Source of the DNA: Acidimicrobiia bacterium
GTDB taxonomy: Bacteria; Actinomycetota; Acidimicrobiia; Spongiisociales; UBA11373
DNA length: 64,000 nt
Direction: 5' to 3'
NCBI GenBank assembly: GCA_040878325.1
Contig: JBBDMM010000010.1
Location: 62,001-126,000, forward strand
This document shows positions 36,245 through 45,652 of the stretch, piece by piece. The translations under genes were made by a program, and so were the position numbers. The notes under the pieces were generated by a model, which worked only from the letters and a program-made list of their open reading frames with translations, ran no database searches and had not been told where the DNA came from. Within the stretch, counting starts at the first letter, position 1. Each line of letters begins with the position of its first letter.

Positions 36245-36855
36245 GAGTGCACGTGAAGGTCTGTGGCATCAGGGACGCGGCCACCGCACTAGTGGCGGTC
36301 GAAGCTGGCGCGGATGCTCTCGGCTTCGTGATGAGCGAGTCGGTGCGCCGGGTGACACCCGCCGAGGCGTCGGTGATCGCCGCACGGCTCCCCCGATCGG
36401 TCGAGAGGGTGGCGGTGTTTCGACGGCCCCACCCCGAAGAGTTGGAGGCGGCGCTGGGCACCCTCGGGCCCTGGCTGGTGCAGGCCGATCACGACGCGGT
36501 CGGGGATGCTCCCGGCATGCGTCTGCTCCCGGTGTATCGCGAATCGTCGGGCATCGAGCTGGCGATCGAGGCCGATCTGGCCCGTCGGGGCGGGGCGCGG
36601 TTCCACTACGAGGGATCCCGCAGCGGATCCGGAGAGGTGGTCGATTGGCTCCGGGCGCACCACCTGGGCCGGCTGGGGCAGATGACTCTCGCCGGCGGCC
36701 TCACCCCCGACAACGTCGGTGAGGCGATCAGGGTCGCCCGGCCCTTCGGAGTGGACGTGAGCAGCGGCGTCGAGTCGAGACCCGGGGTCAAGGACCCCGG
36801 CCTCATCAGAGAATTCGTCGCCGCGGTGCGAGACACCGAGAGAGGAGCGGCGTGA
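36241..36855 (+). CDS. trpF: Phosphoribosylanthranilate isomerase
   Basis: VKVCGI, GADALGFV, LAGGLTPDNV, GVDVSSGVE..PG.KD. Confidence 0.95.
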   Translation: MRVHVKVCGIRDAATALVAVEAGADALGFVMSESVRRVTPAEASVIAARLPRSVERVAVFRRPHPEELEAALGTLGPWLVQADHDAVGDAPGMRLLPVYRESSGIELAIEADLARRGGARFHYEGSRSGSGEVVDWLRAHHLGRLGQMTLAGGLTPDNVGEAIRVARPFGVDVSSGVESRPGVKDPGLIREFVAAVRDTERGAA

Positions 36856-38069
36856 AGACGGCGATCGAATCGAAACTGCGGGCATTGATCGAAGGCGGTC
36901 CGCCGCCCGACGGGCGCTACGGGCCCTACGGCGGGCGCTACGTGCCGGAGACGCTCATGGAGATCCTGATCGAATTGGAGAGGCACGCCGTGGAGCTGCT
37001 CGCCGACGAGGGATTCCAGCGTGAGCTGGCGCGCGAGCTCCGGGAGTTCGTGGGGCGGCCCACCCCACTGACCCGCGCCGGATCACTCGGTGAGTCATGG
37101 GGCGCCGAGGTCTTCCTCAAGCGAGAGGACCTTTGTCACACCGGGGCTCACAAGATCAACAACGCGGTGGGCCAGGCGCTGATCGCCCGGCGCCTGGGCG
37201 CCCGGCGGATCGTCGCCGAGACCGGAGCGGGGCAGCACGGCGTCGCCACCGCCGCCGCCGCGGCCCGGGTGGGGCTGCCCTGCACCATCTTCATGGGAGC
37301 GATCGACGGCCGCCGCCAGGCGCCCAACCTGGAGAGGATGCGGCTCCTCGGTGCCGACGTGAGGCTGGTCGAGGAGGGCGATCAGACCCTGCGGGCGGCG
37401 ATCGACGAGGCGTTCCGCGCCTGGGTGGCCGACCCGGTCGGCACCTACTACCTGCTCGGGTCGGTGGTGGGCCCGCACCCGTACCCATGGCTGGTGCGCC
37501 GGCTCCAAACGGTCATCGGGGCAGAGGCCCGGGACCAGGTGGTCGCCGCCGGCGGGCTGCCCGACGTGGCCGTCGCCTGCGTCGGGGGTGGATCCAACTC
37601 GATCGGTCTGTTCCACGGCTTCCTCGGTGACGAGGGGGTCGCGTTGCTCGGCATCGAGGCCGGCGGCCGGGGCGGCGAAGCCGATCCGCACTCCGCCACT
37701 CTGGTGAAAGGAACCAGCGGAGTGCTTCACGGCGCGATGACGCCACTGCTCCAGGACGCCCACGGCCAGATCATGGAGACCCACTCGATCGCACCCGGCC
37801 TCGACTACCCGGGGGTGGGGCCCGAGCACGCCTTCTTGCGCGACCTGGGGCGGGCCACTTATGAGTCGGCGACCGACGCGGAGGCGCTCGACGCGCTGCG
37901 GCAGTGCAGCGCCACCGAGGGCATCCTGCCGGCGCTCGAGTCTGCCCACGCCCTGGCGGGTGCCCGCCGCTGGGCGGCCCGTAATCCGGGCGGCCGCATC
38001 GTGGTGGGGCTCTCGGGGCGGGGAGACAAGGACCTCGCTGCCCTGGCCGGGGGGGCGGATCATGGCTGA
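36852..38069 (+). CDS. trpB: Tryptophan synthase beta chain
   Basis: LKREDLCHTGAHKINN, AETGAGQHG, CVGGGSN, GLDYPGVGPEH, LSGRGDKD. Confidence 0.97.
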   Translation: MKTAIESKLRALIEGGPPPDGRYGPYGGRYVPETLMEILIELERHAVELLADEGFQRELARELREFVGRPTPLTRAGSLGESWGAEVFLKREDLCHTGAHKINNAVGQALIARRLGARRIVAETGAGQHGVATAAAAARVGLPCTIFMGAIDGRRQAPNLERMRLLGADVRLVEEGDQTLRAAIDEAFRAWVADPVGTYYLLGSVVGPHPYPWLVRRLQTVIGAEARDQVVAAGGLPDVAVACVGGGSNSIGLFHGFLGDEGVALLGIEAGGRGGEADPHSATLVKGTSGVLHGAMTPLLQDAHGQIMETHSIAPGLDYPGVGPEHAFLRDLGRATYESATDAEALDALRQCSATEGILPALESAHALAGARRWAARNPGGRIVVGLSGRGDKDLAALAGGADHG

Positions 38070-38838
38070 GAGGGTTGGCGCGGCGGCGATCACTGCGGCC
38101 ATCGAGGGGTCGGACGGCCCTGCGCTGTGCGCCTACGTGACAGCCGGGTTCCCCAGCCCCGCGGCGTTCCCCGACGTTCTGCGGTCGGTGGTGGCGGCCG
38201 CCGACCTCGTCGAGATCGGGGTGCCCTTCACCGACCCGATGGCGGACGGGCTCACCATCCAGACCTCCAACCGGGTGGCGTTGCGCGCCGGGGTGACCCT
38301 GGGGTGGGTGTTCGAGCTGCTCGAGGCGAGCATCATCGAGACCCCCACCTTGCTCATGGGCTACTACAACCCCTTCCTGGCCCACGGGTTGGAGGACCTC
38401 GGCGCCTCGCTCGTCCGCTCGGGGGTCTCGGGGTTGATCGTCCCCGACCTACCTTTCGAAGAGAGCGGGCCGATCCGGCAGGTCCTCGACCCCCACGGTC
38501 TCGCGCTGGTCCAGATGGTGGCGCCCACGACCCCTCCCGACCGGCTGCGGTGGCTCGCCGCCGCCGGCACCGGTTTCGTCTACGCGGTGACCACGACCGG
38601 GGTGACCGGCCGCCGGGTCGATCTCGAGTCCGACGACCTCGAATACCTCGGCCGGGTGAAGCGGGCCGCCACGTTGCCCGTGCTGGCCGGGTTCGGAATT
38701 CGGAGCCGCCGGCAGGTGGAAGCGGTGGCGGGCGTGGTCGACGGGGTGATCGTCGGGAGTGCACTCATTGAGGTGATCGAGCGGGGCGAGGACCCCGGAG
38801 CCTTCCTCGAGGCACTCCGGTCGAAGGTGCCCGCATGA
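38062..38838 (+). CDS. trpA: Tryptophan synthase alpha chain
   Basis: EIGVPFTDPMADG.TIQ, MGYYNP, VPDLP.EE, GVTG, GFGI, DGVIVGSA. Confidence 0.96.
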   Translation: MAERVGAAAITAAIEGSDGPALCAYVTAGFPSPAAFPDVLRSVVAAADLVEIGVPFTDPMADGLTIQTSNRVALRAGVTLGWVFELLEASIIETPTLLMGYYNPFLAHGLEDLGASLVRSGVSGLIVPDLPFEESGPIRQVLDPHGLALVQMVAPTTPPDRLRWLAAAGTGFVYAVTTTGVTGRRVDLESDDLEYLGRVKRAATLPVLAGFGIRSRRQVEAVAGVVDGVIVGSALIEVIERGEDPGAFLEALRSKVPA

Positions 38839-39869
38839 TTGTCGTGCTCGGCGCCGGTTGTTCGCTCAAGGACAAGGCCGCGGTGGTCCGCCTCATCGAA
38901 CGAGAGGGCGGCCGGCTGCTGGTGAGCGTCGTCGGCGCGGAGACCCACATCGGCCTGATCGACGCCGAGGCCCAGGCGTTGGCCGGGACGATCGCCGGGA
39001 TGCCGGGAGTCGTCGAGATCAAGGAAGTGGCGCCCCCCTATCCCCATGTGTCCCGCGAGCACCATCCCGAGGCGATCGAAGTCCGGGTGGGCGACGTCGT
39101 CATCGGGGGGAACGAGATCGTCGTCATCGCCGGTCCCTGTTCCGTCGAGAGCGCCGACCAGATGAGTGCGGTCGGCCACGCGGTGGCGGCGAACGGTGCT
39201 CGCATGCTCCGCGGCGGGGCGTTCAAGCCGCGTAGTTCGCCTTACAGCTTCCAGGGGCTGGGGGAGGAGGGCCTCGGGCTGCTCGCCGGGGTCGGCGTGG
39301 AGACCGGGCTCCCCGTCGTCACCGAGGTGATCGCGCCCGAGGACGTAGGCCTGGTGGGCCGCTATGCCGACATGCTCCAGGTCGGGGCGCGCAACATGCA
39401 GAACTTCCGCCTTCTCGCCGCAGTGGGCGAGCAAGAGCGGCCCGTGCTGCTCAAGCGGGGGATCTCATCGACGGTCGAGGAATTGCTGCTCGCCGCCGAG
39501 TACGTGGTGTCGGCGGGCAACTCCCGAGTCGTCCTCTGCGAACGCGGGATCAGGACCTTCGAAACCGCGACCCGGAACACGCTGGACATCTCGGCGGTCC
39601 CCGTGCTCAAACAGCGGACCGCCCTCCCCGTGATCGTCGATCCGAGCCACGCGGCCGGGGAGCGGAGCCTGGTTCCCGACCTGGCCCGGGCCGCCATCGC
39701 CGTCGGCGCCGATGGGATCCTCGTCGAGGTGCACAACCAGCCTGAATTGGCTCTCAGTGACGGCAAGCAGAGCCTCACCATCGACGGCTTCGTCGGGATG
39801 ATGAAACAACTGCGTACGATCGCCGTCGCGGTCGGCCGACGACTTGCCCCCGAGCGCCCCTCGGGCTGA
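38835..39869 (+). CDS. aroF: DAHP synthase class I-beta with N-terminal regulatory domain
   Basis: IAGPCSVE, RGGAFKPRSSPYSFQG, GARNMQN, LKRG, CERGIR, DPSH; ATGA overlap with trpA. Confidence 0.95.
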   Translation: MIVVLGAGCSLKDKAAVVRLIEREGGRLLVSVVGAETHIGLIDAEAQALAGTIAGMPGVVEIKEVAPPYPHVSREHHPEAIEVRVGDVVIGGNEIVVIAGPCSVESADQMSAVGHAVAANGARMLRGGAFKPRSSPYSFQGLGEEGLGLLAGVGVETGLPVVTEVIAPEDVGLVGRYADMLQVGARNMQNFRLLAAVGEQERPVLLKRGISSTVEELLLAAEYVVSAGNSRVVLCERGIRTFETATRNTLDISAVPVLKQRTALPVIVDPSHAAGERSLVPDLARAAIAVGADGILVEVHNQPELALSDGKQSLTIDGFVGMMKQLRTIAVAVGRRLAPERPSG

Positions 39870-39912
39870 TCAAGCCACCGACCGATTCGCTTACCCCCTG
39901 AGGCAGCGGGCC

Positions 39913-40188
39913 TTACTCAGCCTCTTCTTCGCCGGGGTCTTCTTCTCTGCGGTCGAAGCGGATGGTGCATTCGGTGACGACTGCGGCGATTGCGCCGACG
40001 GCGGCCGCCATCGGGAGCATGAACGCGCCGACCACGCCCATCGTCAGCGGGATCTCGACCAGGGTCTGACCCTTCTCGTTCTCGATCACGATGCGGCGGA
40101 CATTGCCTTCACGCACCAGTTCGCGCACCTTGCCCAGGAGCTGCTCGCCCTGGACCTTGATGGTCTCCCAGCGTTCTTCATTGTCCAC
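39913..40188 (-). CDS. DUF4342 domain protein
   Basis: KVRELVREGNVRRI......LVEIPLT.GV. Confidence 0.85.
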   Translation of the reverse strand: MDNEERWETIKVQGEQLLGKVRELVREGNVRRIVIENEKGQTLVEIPLTMGVVGAFMLPMAAAVGAIAAVVTECTIRFDRREEDPGEEEAE

Positions 40189-40248
40189 AGCGACTCCTTC
40201 TGTTACCGACTGATTGTCGCGGACTCACACCGGGAACCTTCCCCGTCA

Positions 40249-40917
40249 TCAGGGAAACCAATCCGGCAGCCCCTCGACGCCGGATGGGTTGAGCCGTACC
40301 GCGGTGTAGTAGATGCGCGCGGTGGTGTCGCACCCGATCCGGAAGATGGCGGAAACGGCGGCACAGCGGATGCGCATGTCGTAGAGGAAGCCGGCGTCGA
40401 CGCGGTCCTTGTTGTCGACCATCCACACCGGAGCGGCGTCGGTGTCGTACTCCTTGAGGTTGCGCCACCCGAAGTCGTGACGGTTACACGCGAGCGTGAA
40501 GTCGAACGGACCGCTCCCCAGAACCGGGGCCGAGCAGCCATCGCTCTCCCAGACGAGATAGTCGGGGCGCGGAGTTGCCGGGTCGGAAGGAGGCTCGGGC
40601 TTGCGGAACTCGCCCTCGAATCCGTCGACGCCCCCCAGCGGGATGTCGAGCCGGACATCGATGTTGGTGCACACCTCGGCGAGGAGCACGAGCCCGACCG
40701 GGCTCTCCAGTATCGGCCCCGGCACCTCCCGACACACGTCGGCCGCCGTCGGGGGAGGCCCGACCGCGCTGCTCACCCAGTAGGCGAGCGCGATCGTCGC
40801 GATCAGCCCGGTGAGCAGCCCCAGGCCGATCGCCCGCCACACCCGGTAGGCCCACGAGCGGTGGTGCAACTCCTCGGGTGGGGGCGGAGGCGGGGGAGGC
40901 GGGACGAGGTCGGTCAT
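40249..40917 (-). CDS. Membrane-anchored prokaryotic phospholipase A2-like protein
   Basis: W.SDGCS, FDF..AC.RHDFG.RN, RVDAGF..DM...C, YY.AVR; N-terminal Pro run and TM helix. Confidence 0.85.
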   Translation of the reverse strand: MTDLVPPPPPPPPPEELHHRSWAYRVWRAIGLGLLTGLIATIALAYWVSSAVGPPPTAADVCREVPGPILESPVGLVLLAEVCTNIDVRLDIPLGGVDGFEGEFRKPEPPSDPATPRPDYLVWESDGCSAPVLGSGPFDFTLACNRHDFGWRNLKEYDTDAAPVWMVDNKDRVDAGFLYDMRIRCAAVSAIFRIGCDTTARIYYTAVRLNPSGVEGLPDWFP

Positions 40918-42125
40918 GACCCCACCTCGAAGGACACCCGGTATTCGCCGCCCGGCTCGACCGTGGCGGTGAGCTCTTCGACGACCCGCCCCGCCACCTG
41001 GATCACCAGCCGGAACGAGGTGGTTCCCTCGACTCCGCAGTCTGAGGTGTATCCCACTTCGGCGGTGTAGGTGCCGGATGGGGCACCCCCGGCGGGCCAG
41101 AACACGTTCTCGGCGGCCGGCGAGGTGACCTGCCCACACGGATAGTTGGCGTCGCGGTCGAGCTGCCCTCCCGAGGACGAGGTGTCGTTGCCGTAGTACA
41201 CGACCTCGCCCGAGGGATCGGTGACGTAGAGGTCGAGATCGGCGCTGTTCTGCCATATGAGCGTTACCTGGACGTCGCCGGTCCCCAGGCCGGCCGGCAG
41301 CCCGGCGGTGTCGGCGGGGATCAGGGTCTGGAGGTGTGCCCGGTTCTGCTCGACGAAAGCGGGAGCCAGGTCGGCGGCCACCTCGGGCATGGCGGCGTCG
41401 ATGGTGCCGCGCCGGCAGGCGAAATCGTCGGCGGCGGTCTGGCGCTCCTCCTCTGCGAGGGCGCGGGCGTCATCGCCGCTCACCGTGGAGAGGCGGTCGT
41501 ACAGCTCGATGAGCAGCGTCTCGGGGGTCGCCACCGTGTAGCCGCGGTCCGCCATGCATTCGACCCAGCGAGTGAGAGCCTCCTGGTAGGCGGGGTGGGC
41601 CAGGGCCTCGGCCTCGAGGCGGGCGATCGAGTAGGGAAGGCTCTGCAGCGTCGCCACCGCCGTATCGAGGGCCTGCCGGCCGGCGGCGGCGCACCCGCCG
41701 CCGCCCTCGCCAGACTCCAGGGAAGATCCGTACAGGGCCTGTTCGTAGGCGGAACGCTGCGATCGGCTGGGGCCGGACTGCAGCGTGGGCCGGGAGACAT
41801 CGGCACCGGCGGCGATCCCGTACCCCTCTCGCTCCGGGTCGATGAGGGCATGGAGTGCCTCGACCTCGGCCGGCCCCCGATAGGGGAATCCGGCGGTGGC
41901 CATGCAGTCCCGCACCGCCCGGGTCACCTCGATCTCGATCGCGGTCCCCAGCAGCCCGGGGTCCCGGAACAGGGCCGCCGGGTCGGTGTAGATGGCGGCG
42001 GTGTCGGTGCGCCCGGCGAATTCGGGGATGCGCGTCGCCGAGTTGTACACAGTGACGGCAGCCAGGGTGACCACGACGGCGCTGGCTAGCCAAATGGCGA
42101 CAAGGGTGCTCCGCGAACGGGACAT
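40914..42125 (-). CDS. Secreted/anchored protein with C-terminal YfaP/DUF2135-like domain
   Basis: GDVQVTLIW...ADLDLYVTDPSG...YY......GG.LD.D...ENVFW; Cys-containing helical N-domain. Confidence 0.78.
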   Translation of the reverse strand: MSRSRSTLVAIWLASAVVVTLAAVTVYNSATRIPEFAGRTDTAAIYTDPAALFRDPGLLGTAIEIEVTRAVRDCMATAGFPYRGPAEVEALHALIDPEREGYGIAAGADVSRPTLQSGPSRSQRSAYEQALYGSSLESGEGGGGCAAAGRQALDTAVATLQSLPYSIARLEAEALAHPAYQEALTRWVECMADRGYTVATPETLLIELYDRLSTVSGDDARALAEEERQTAADDFACRRGTIDAAMPEVAADLAPAFVEQNRAHLQTLIPADTAGLPAGLGTGDVQVTLIWQNSADLDLYVTDPSGEVVYYGNDTSSSGGQLDRDANYPCGQVTSPAAENVFWPAGGAPSGTYTAEVGYTSDCGVEGTTSFRLVIQVAGRVVEELTATVEPGGEYRVSFEVGS

Positions 42126-42183
42126 CAGGCGAGAGAGAAGTTAGTCCGCTGCCCCGGCTGCCCGCTTGCCGCTGCTCGGGCGC

Positions 42184-42636
42184 CTACCCGCGGGCCTCTT
42201 GAATCTGGTTGGCGTGGTCGTGGGCATGGCCGGCGTAGATACGCAGCCAGTCGTCCACCGAATACGAGCCCGACTCCGAGTGGGTGCCGGCGCGCTCCCA
42301 CTCCTCGGGGGTCAGATGCTCGAGCAACTGGAGGCTCGACGCCCGCACCGCGGCCACCACCGCGAGCGACGGCTCGATCGGCCGGTCGTAATGAAGCCGC
42401 CGGGCGTATTCCGCCTCGTCGTAGCCCTGGATGACGGGGGAGTCCTCGCCGATCAGCCGCCGCAATCGGACGAGAGCGGTCGCCTCCGAATCGGCCAGGT
42501 GGTGCACCACGATGCGCGGGCTCCACTCGCCACTGTCGTCCTGTCGGTCGAGCTCATCGGGGGTGATCCCGGCGAGGGCATCCACCACCGCCTGGTATCC
42601 GCTGCGATAACGCTCCATGAGGTCATTGCGATTCAT
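42184..42636 (-). CDS. DinB family protein
   Basis: WS...VHHLADSE, GYDE, H..H..Q. Confidence 0.88.
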   Translation of the reverse strand: MNRNDLMERYRSGYQAVVDALAGITPDELDRQDDSGEWSPRIVVHHLADSEATALVRLRRLIGEDSPVIQGYDEAEYARRLHYDRPIEPSLAVVAAVRASSLQLLEHLTPEEWERAGTHSESGSYSVDDWLRIYAGHAHDHANQIQEARG

Positions 42637-42731
42637 GACCTGATCTTGGCACCGCCCGGCGCCGATGTCTCCCCGGGATCGGGCCGTCTGCGGCGCCGTC
42701 CGCCGCCACCAGTTCCTCGGGCGATGCCCCT

Positions 42732-43163
42732 CTATCCAATCTGTAGTCGGCACCACTCGTAGAGCGCGTCGTACACGAATGACCCGCGCTCCAACAGTCG
42801 TTGGTCGTCAGGCTCCGCGGCGAGCCCACCTTCACCGATAGCGCGTAGCCCGGCACCGAGATCGTCGGTGTGGACTTCTTCTTCGATGTCGGCGGCGTGG
42901 ACGATCGCGGCAAGCCGTCGCAAGGCGGCGTCATCGCCCAGGTGGTACTCGTCGATGAGCACCTCGAATGTGCATTGATTGGCCCGGTGGGTGAACTCGG
43001 CTCCTGGTGCGTCGAACGAGTGGCCCCCCTCGGCCGCGGCCACCGGGAGCACCCGCTCGGGGTCGACGAACACGATCTCGGCGTCGGGATCGATGAAGCG
43101 CCGGATCAGCCAGGGGCAAGCGATCCGATCGGTCTTGGGGCGGGCTCGGGTTACCCACTTCAT
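42732..43163 (-). CDS. chrB: Chromate resistance protein ChrB C-terminal domain
   Basis: MKWVTRARPKTDRIACPWLIRRFIDPDAE, FTH....CTFE. Confidence 0.9.
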   Translation of the reverse strand: MKWVTRARPKTDRIACPWLIRRFIDPDAEIVFVDPERVLPVAAAEGGHSFDAPGAEFTHRANQCTFEVLIDEYHLGDDAALRRLAAIVHAADIEEEVHTDDLGAGLRAIGEGGLAAEPDDQRLLERGSFVYDALYEWCRLQIG

Positions 43164-44386
43164 GGCGTCGTCTCCTCAGGTCTGGTGGCGTCGTCCGGGC
43201 GCACGTCGCGGAAGGACCGCCACAGGGCGATGTCGTAAATGGTCTTGATGCCTCCGGCGATCAGGAAGGGGAGCCCCATGGCCATGGTCTGCGCCGCACC
43301 AGCCAGGGTCGGGCCCACCGGCCTCACCGAGTACCGCGCGAGATTGGTGTACGCCGCTGCTGCCGCGCGGCGCGATGGTGGCACGAGGACCATGACGAAC
43401 GCCTGGCGGGTGGGGACGTCCATTTGCGACAGCACGGTTCTGGCGAGGAGGAGACCGATCGCCACCTGCAGATTCGGGGCGAAGGCGACCGCGGCAAGTA
43501 GGAAATTCGACGGCAGGTGGGTGAAGACCATCGTCTTGAGTAGCCCGAAGCGCTTGGCGATGAGCGGAGCAACCAAGAACGACAGGGTCTGGAGCACGCC
43601 GATCGCGGCAAAGGTGAGCCCGAGCACTGTCAGCGAGGCGTCGAATCGCGTGGTCAGCCAGTACACCATGAAGGACTGCACGACGAAGCCTCCGCCGAAC
43701 GAGTCGAGGGCGAACAGCGAAGCGAGGCGCCCGATCGCAGGCCGCGACTCGCCCAGGCCAGGGCGCCGGGGTGTGTCGCGCACGTCGGGTTCGACGGACG
43801 ACGACAGCGACCAGGCCACGACGGCGCCCGCGGTCGCACTGATCGTCAACAGCAGGAACCAGCGTTCGTCGGCGGGTCCCTCCGGCCAGATTTCCCGCAC
43901 TCGGGCCGGCAGCCCGGCGCCGAGCGCGCCCAGTGCTCCTGCCGCGGTCGCCACTGCGTTGTACCGGCCGAAGCCCGCGGCGAGGCGATCGGGGTCGATT
44001 CGCTGTGCGAGCATCGCCTGCTCCAGTGACGTGAATGGGCCCGACTCGACCACCTCAGTCGACAGTGCGCCGGTGAGCGACACCAGGACCAAGGCCCACG
44101 TCGGACTTCCGGAGGCGAAGACCAGTCCCGCCACGGCCAGAGCCACGTACAGGGCGACATACATGCGACGGCGGCCCCACACCTCGGAGAACCGCGCCAC
44201 CGCGATCTGACCGATCATCGCTCCGGCGAGGACCGATCCCAGCACGATGCCGACGCCCACCGGGCCGAGTCCGCGGGAGGCCAGGATCGATCCGAGCAGG
44301 ACGGCTCCGAAGCCATAGGCAAATGCCCGGAGTGCTTGCGCCGCCAAAATCTTTCGGGTGTCCGAGGACTCGGGCACCCGATTCAC
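43160..44386 (-). CDS. MFS transporter
   Basis: WGRRR loop, GPF..LEQAML, LFALDSFGGGF, SQMDVPTRQ; ATGA overlap with chrB. Confidence 0.88.
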   Translation of the reverse strand: MNRVPESSDTRKILAAQALRAFAYGFGAVLLGSILASRGLGPVGVGIVLGSVLAGAMIGQIAVARFSEVWGRRRMYVALYVALAVAGLVFASGSPTWALVLVSLTGALSTEVVESGPFTSLEQAMLAQRIDPDRLAAGFGRYNAVATAAGALGALGAGLPARVREIWPEGPADERWFLLLTISATAGAVVAWSLSSSVEPDVRDTPRRPGLGESRPAIGRLASLFALDSFGGGFVVQSFMVYWLTTRFDASLTVLGLTFAAIGVLQTLSFLVAPLIAKRFGLLKTMVFTHLPSNFLLAAVAFAPNLQVAIGLLLARTVLSQMDVPTRQAFVMVLVPPSRRAAAAAYTNLARYSVRPVGPTLAGAAQTMAMGLPFLIAGGIKTIYDIALWRSFRDVRPDDATRPEETTP

Positions 44387-44488
44387 CGTTCCAGGCTCAC
44401 GGGCTGAGTGTACGGGCCGGCCGCCCGGGGTTGACACCGATCCCCGTGGGATGGCAGGGTTGGCGTTCCACACATCAAGGGGGGCGAG

Positions 44489-44809
44489 ATGCCCAAGTAC
44501 CTGTTCAGGGCGTCGCTCACCACCGAGGGCGTCGCCGGGATCGTCGCCGAGGGCGGTACCGCTCGACGCACCACGGTCACGGCCGCCATCGAGAGCCTCG
44601 GGGGAACGGTGGAGGCGTACTACTTCTGCTTCGGCGACGAGGACTCCATCCTCATCGTCGACCTTCCGGACAACGAGACCGCCACCGCCTTCGCGCTCGA
44701 GGTGGGGTCCTCGGGCCGGGTGGGGGTGTCCACCACGGTGCTGATCACCCCGGAGGAGGTCGATCGGGCTCGTTCGATCAAGAGCGGGTGGCGGGCTCCC
44801 GGAGCTTGA
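44489..44809 (+). CDS. GYD domain protein
   Basis: MPKYL..ASLT.EG...R.......ESLGG.VEAYY..FG..D; TTGACA at 44431 upstream. Confidence 0.88.
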   Translation: MPKYLFRASLTTEGVAGIVAEGGTARRTTVTAAIESLGGTVEAYYFCFGDEDSILIVDLPDNETATAFALEVGSSGRVGVSTTVLITPEEVDRARSIKSGWRAPGA

Positions 44810-44851
44810 TCGAGTTTCGGCGTACCATTCCTTACGGCGAATGGAGGAACC

Positions 44852-44962
44852 GTGGCCAACAAGGACCGTGGCGGTAAACAAGTCAAGAAGCAGGCGGCCC
44901 ACAGCCTCAAAGAGAAACGCAACGCCAAGAAGGACAAGAAGGCCGGGTCGAAGAAGATCTGA
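44852..44962 (+). CDS. Small lysine-rich protein (36 aa), below the ORF-track cutoff
   Basis: GGAGG RBS + GTG; MANKDRGGKQVKKQAAHSLKEKRNAKKDKKAGSKKI. Confidence 0.75.
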   Translation: MANKDRGGKQVKKQAAHSLKEKRNAKKDKKAGSKKI

Positions 44963-44978
44963 CCCGGGGGCAAGGATC

Positions 44979-45000
44979 TGTCACACCCGGGCCGTAGTTT
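44979..45000 (+). promoter_or_regulatory. PafBC/RecA-NDp-like promoter TGTCAC-N10-TAGTTT, leaderless
   Basis: -10 ends 7 nt before GTG 45008. Confidence 0.55.
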
Positions 45001-45007
45001 CGGGATC

Positions 45008-45652
45008 GTGACCAAACCCAGGCGATGCCCCGATTGCGACGACCTCACGATGGTCCCCGTCGTCTACGGCTATCCCAGCCCGGCGACGCTTACGCCAGCC
45101 GGGGAGGGGTTGCTGGCGCTCGGCGGTTGCATCGTCACCGGCGACGACCCGCCGCTGGCGTGTACCGCCTGCGGAGCGGAGATGTGGCCGGGCGGGGTGT
45201 TTCGGAGTGCCGGCTCTCGCGCCCTGGCGGTGGGCATCGGGGGGCGCCCCGGCAGGACCGGCCACTCCGCGTTCTTCCACCACCTCGGTGACCTCGGCTT
45301 CATCGCGCCAGGGCGGCGGAGGCCGCTGGTACAGACGAGCGTGCTGGTTTCCGACGTGCCCACCCTGCTGATGCTCTTGTGCGTCGAGCTGTTCCCCACC
45401 GGAGAGCGGCTCACCGCGTGGCTCCGCTATCGGCACATTCCGTGGCTCGGCGAACTCGCCGGCCTCGTGGAGCGGTTCGTGGTGGGTGACGACCTGAGCC
45501 TCATCGCCATCGGCGCCGCCGGCGAGCTGTTCGTGCCCGGCGAACAGTTCGAACGTCTCGTGCTGAGCGCCATCAGGTCGCAGGGCTTCAGGACCGTCGA
45601 TCGGTTCGACGATTGGCTGAGGGCCTATGGAATCGAGCGGGCGGACGTCTAG
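45008..45652 (+). CDS. Hypothetical protein with N-terminal CxxC...CxxC zinc-finger-like motif
   Basis: CPDC...VPVVYGYP...GGC......P..CTACG. Confidence 0.7.
   Translation: MTKPRRCPDCDDLTMVPVVYGYPSPATLTPAGEGLLALGGCIVTGDDPPLACTACGAEMWPGGVFRSAGSRALAVGIGGRPGRTGHSAFFHHLGDLGFIAPGRRRPLVQTSVLVSDVPTLLMLLCVELFPTGERLTAWLRYRHIPWLGELAGLVERFVVGDDLSLIAIGAAGELFVPGEQFERLVLSAIRSQGFRTVDRFDDWLRAYGIERADV

Noticed and set aside
44387..44902. N-terminal extension of the MFS ORF to 580 aa
   Set aside because: It is antisense to the GYD gene and the small basic ORF; MFS homology begins near 44386
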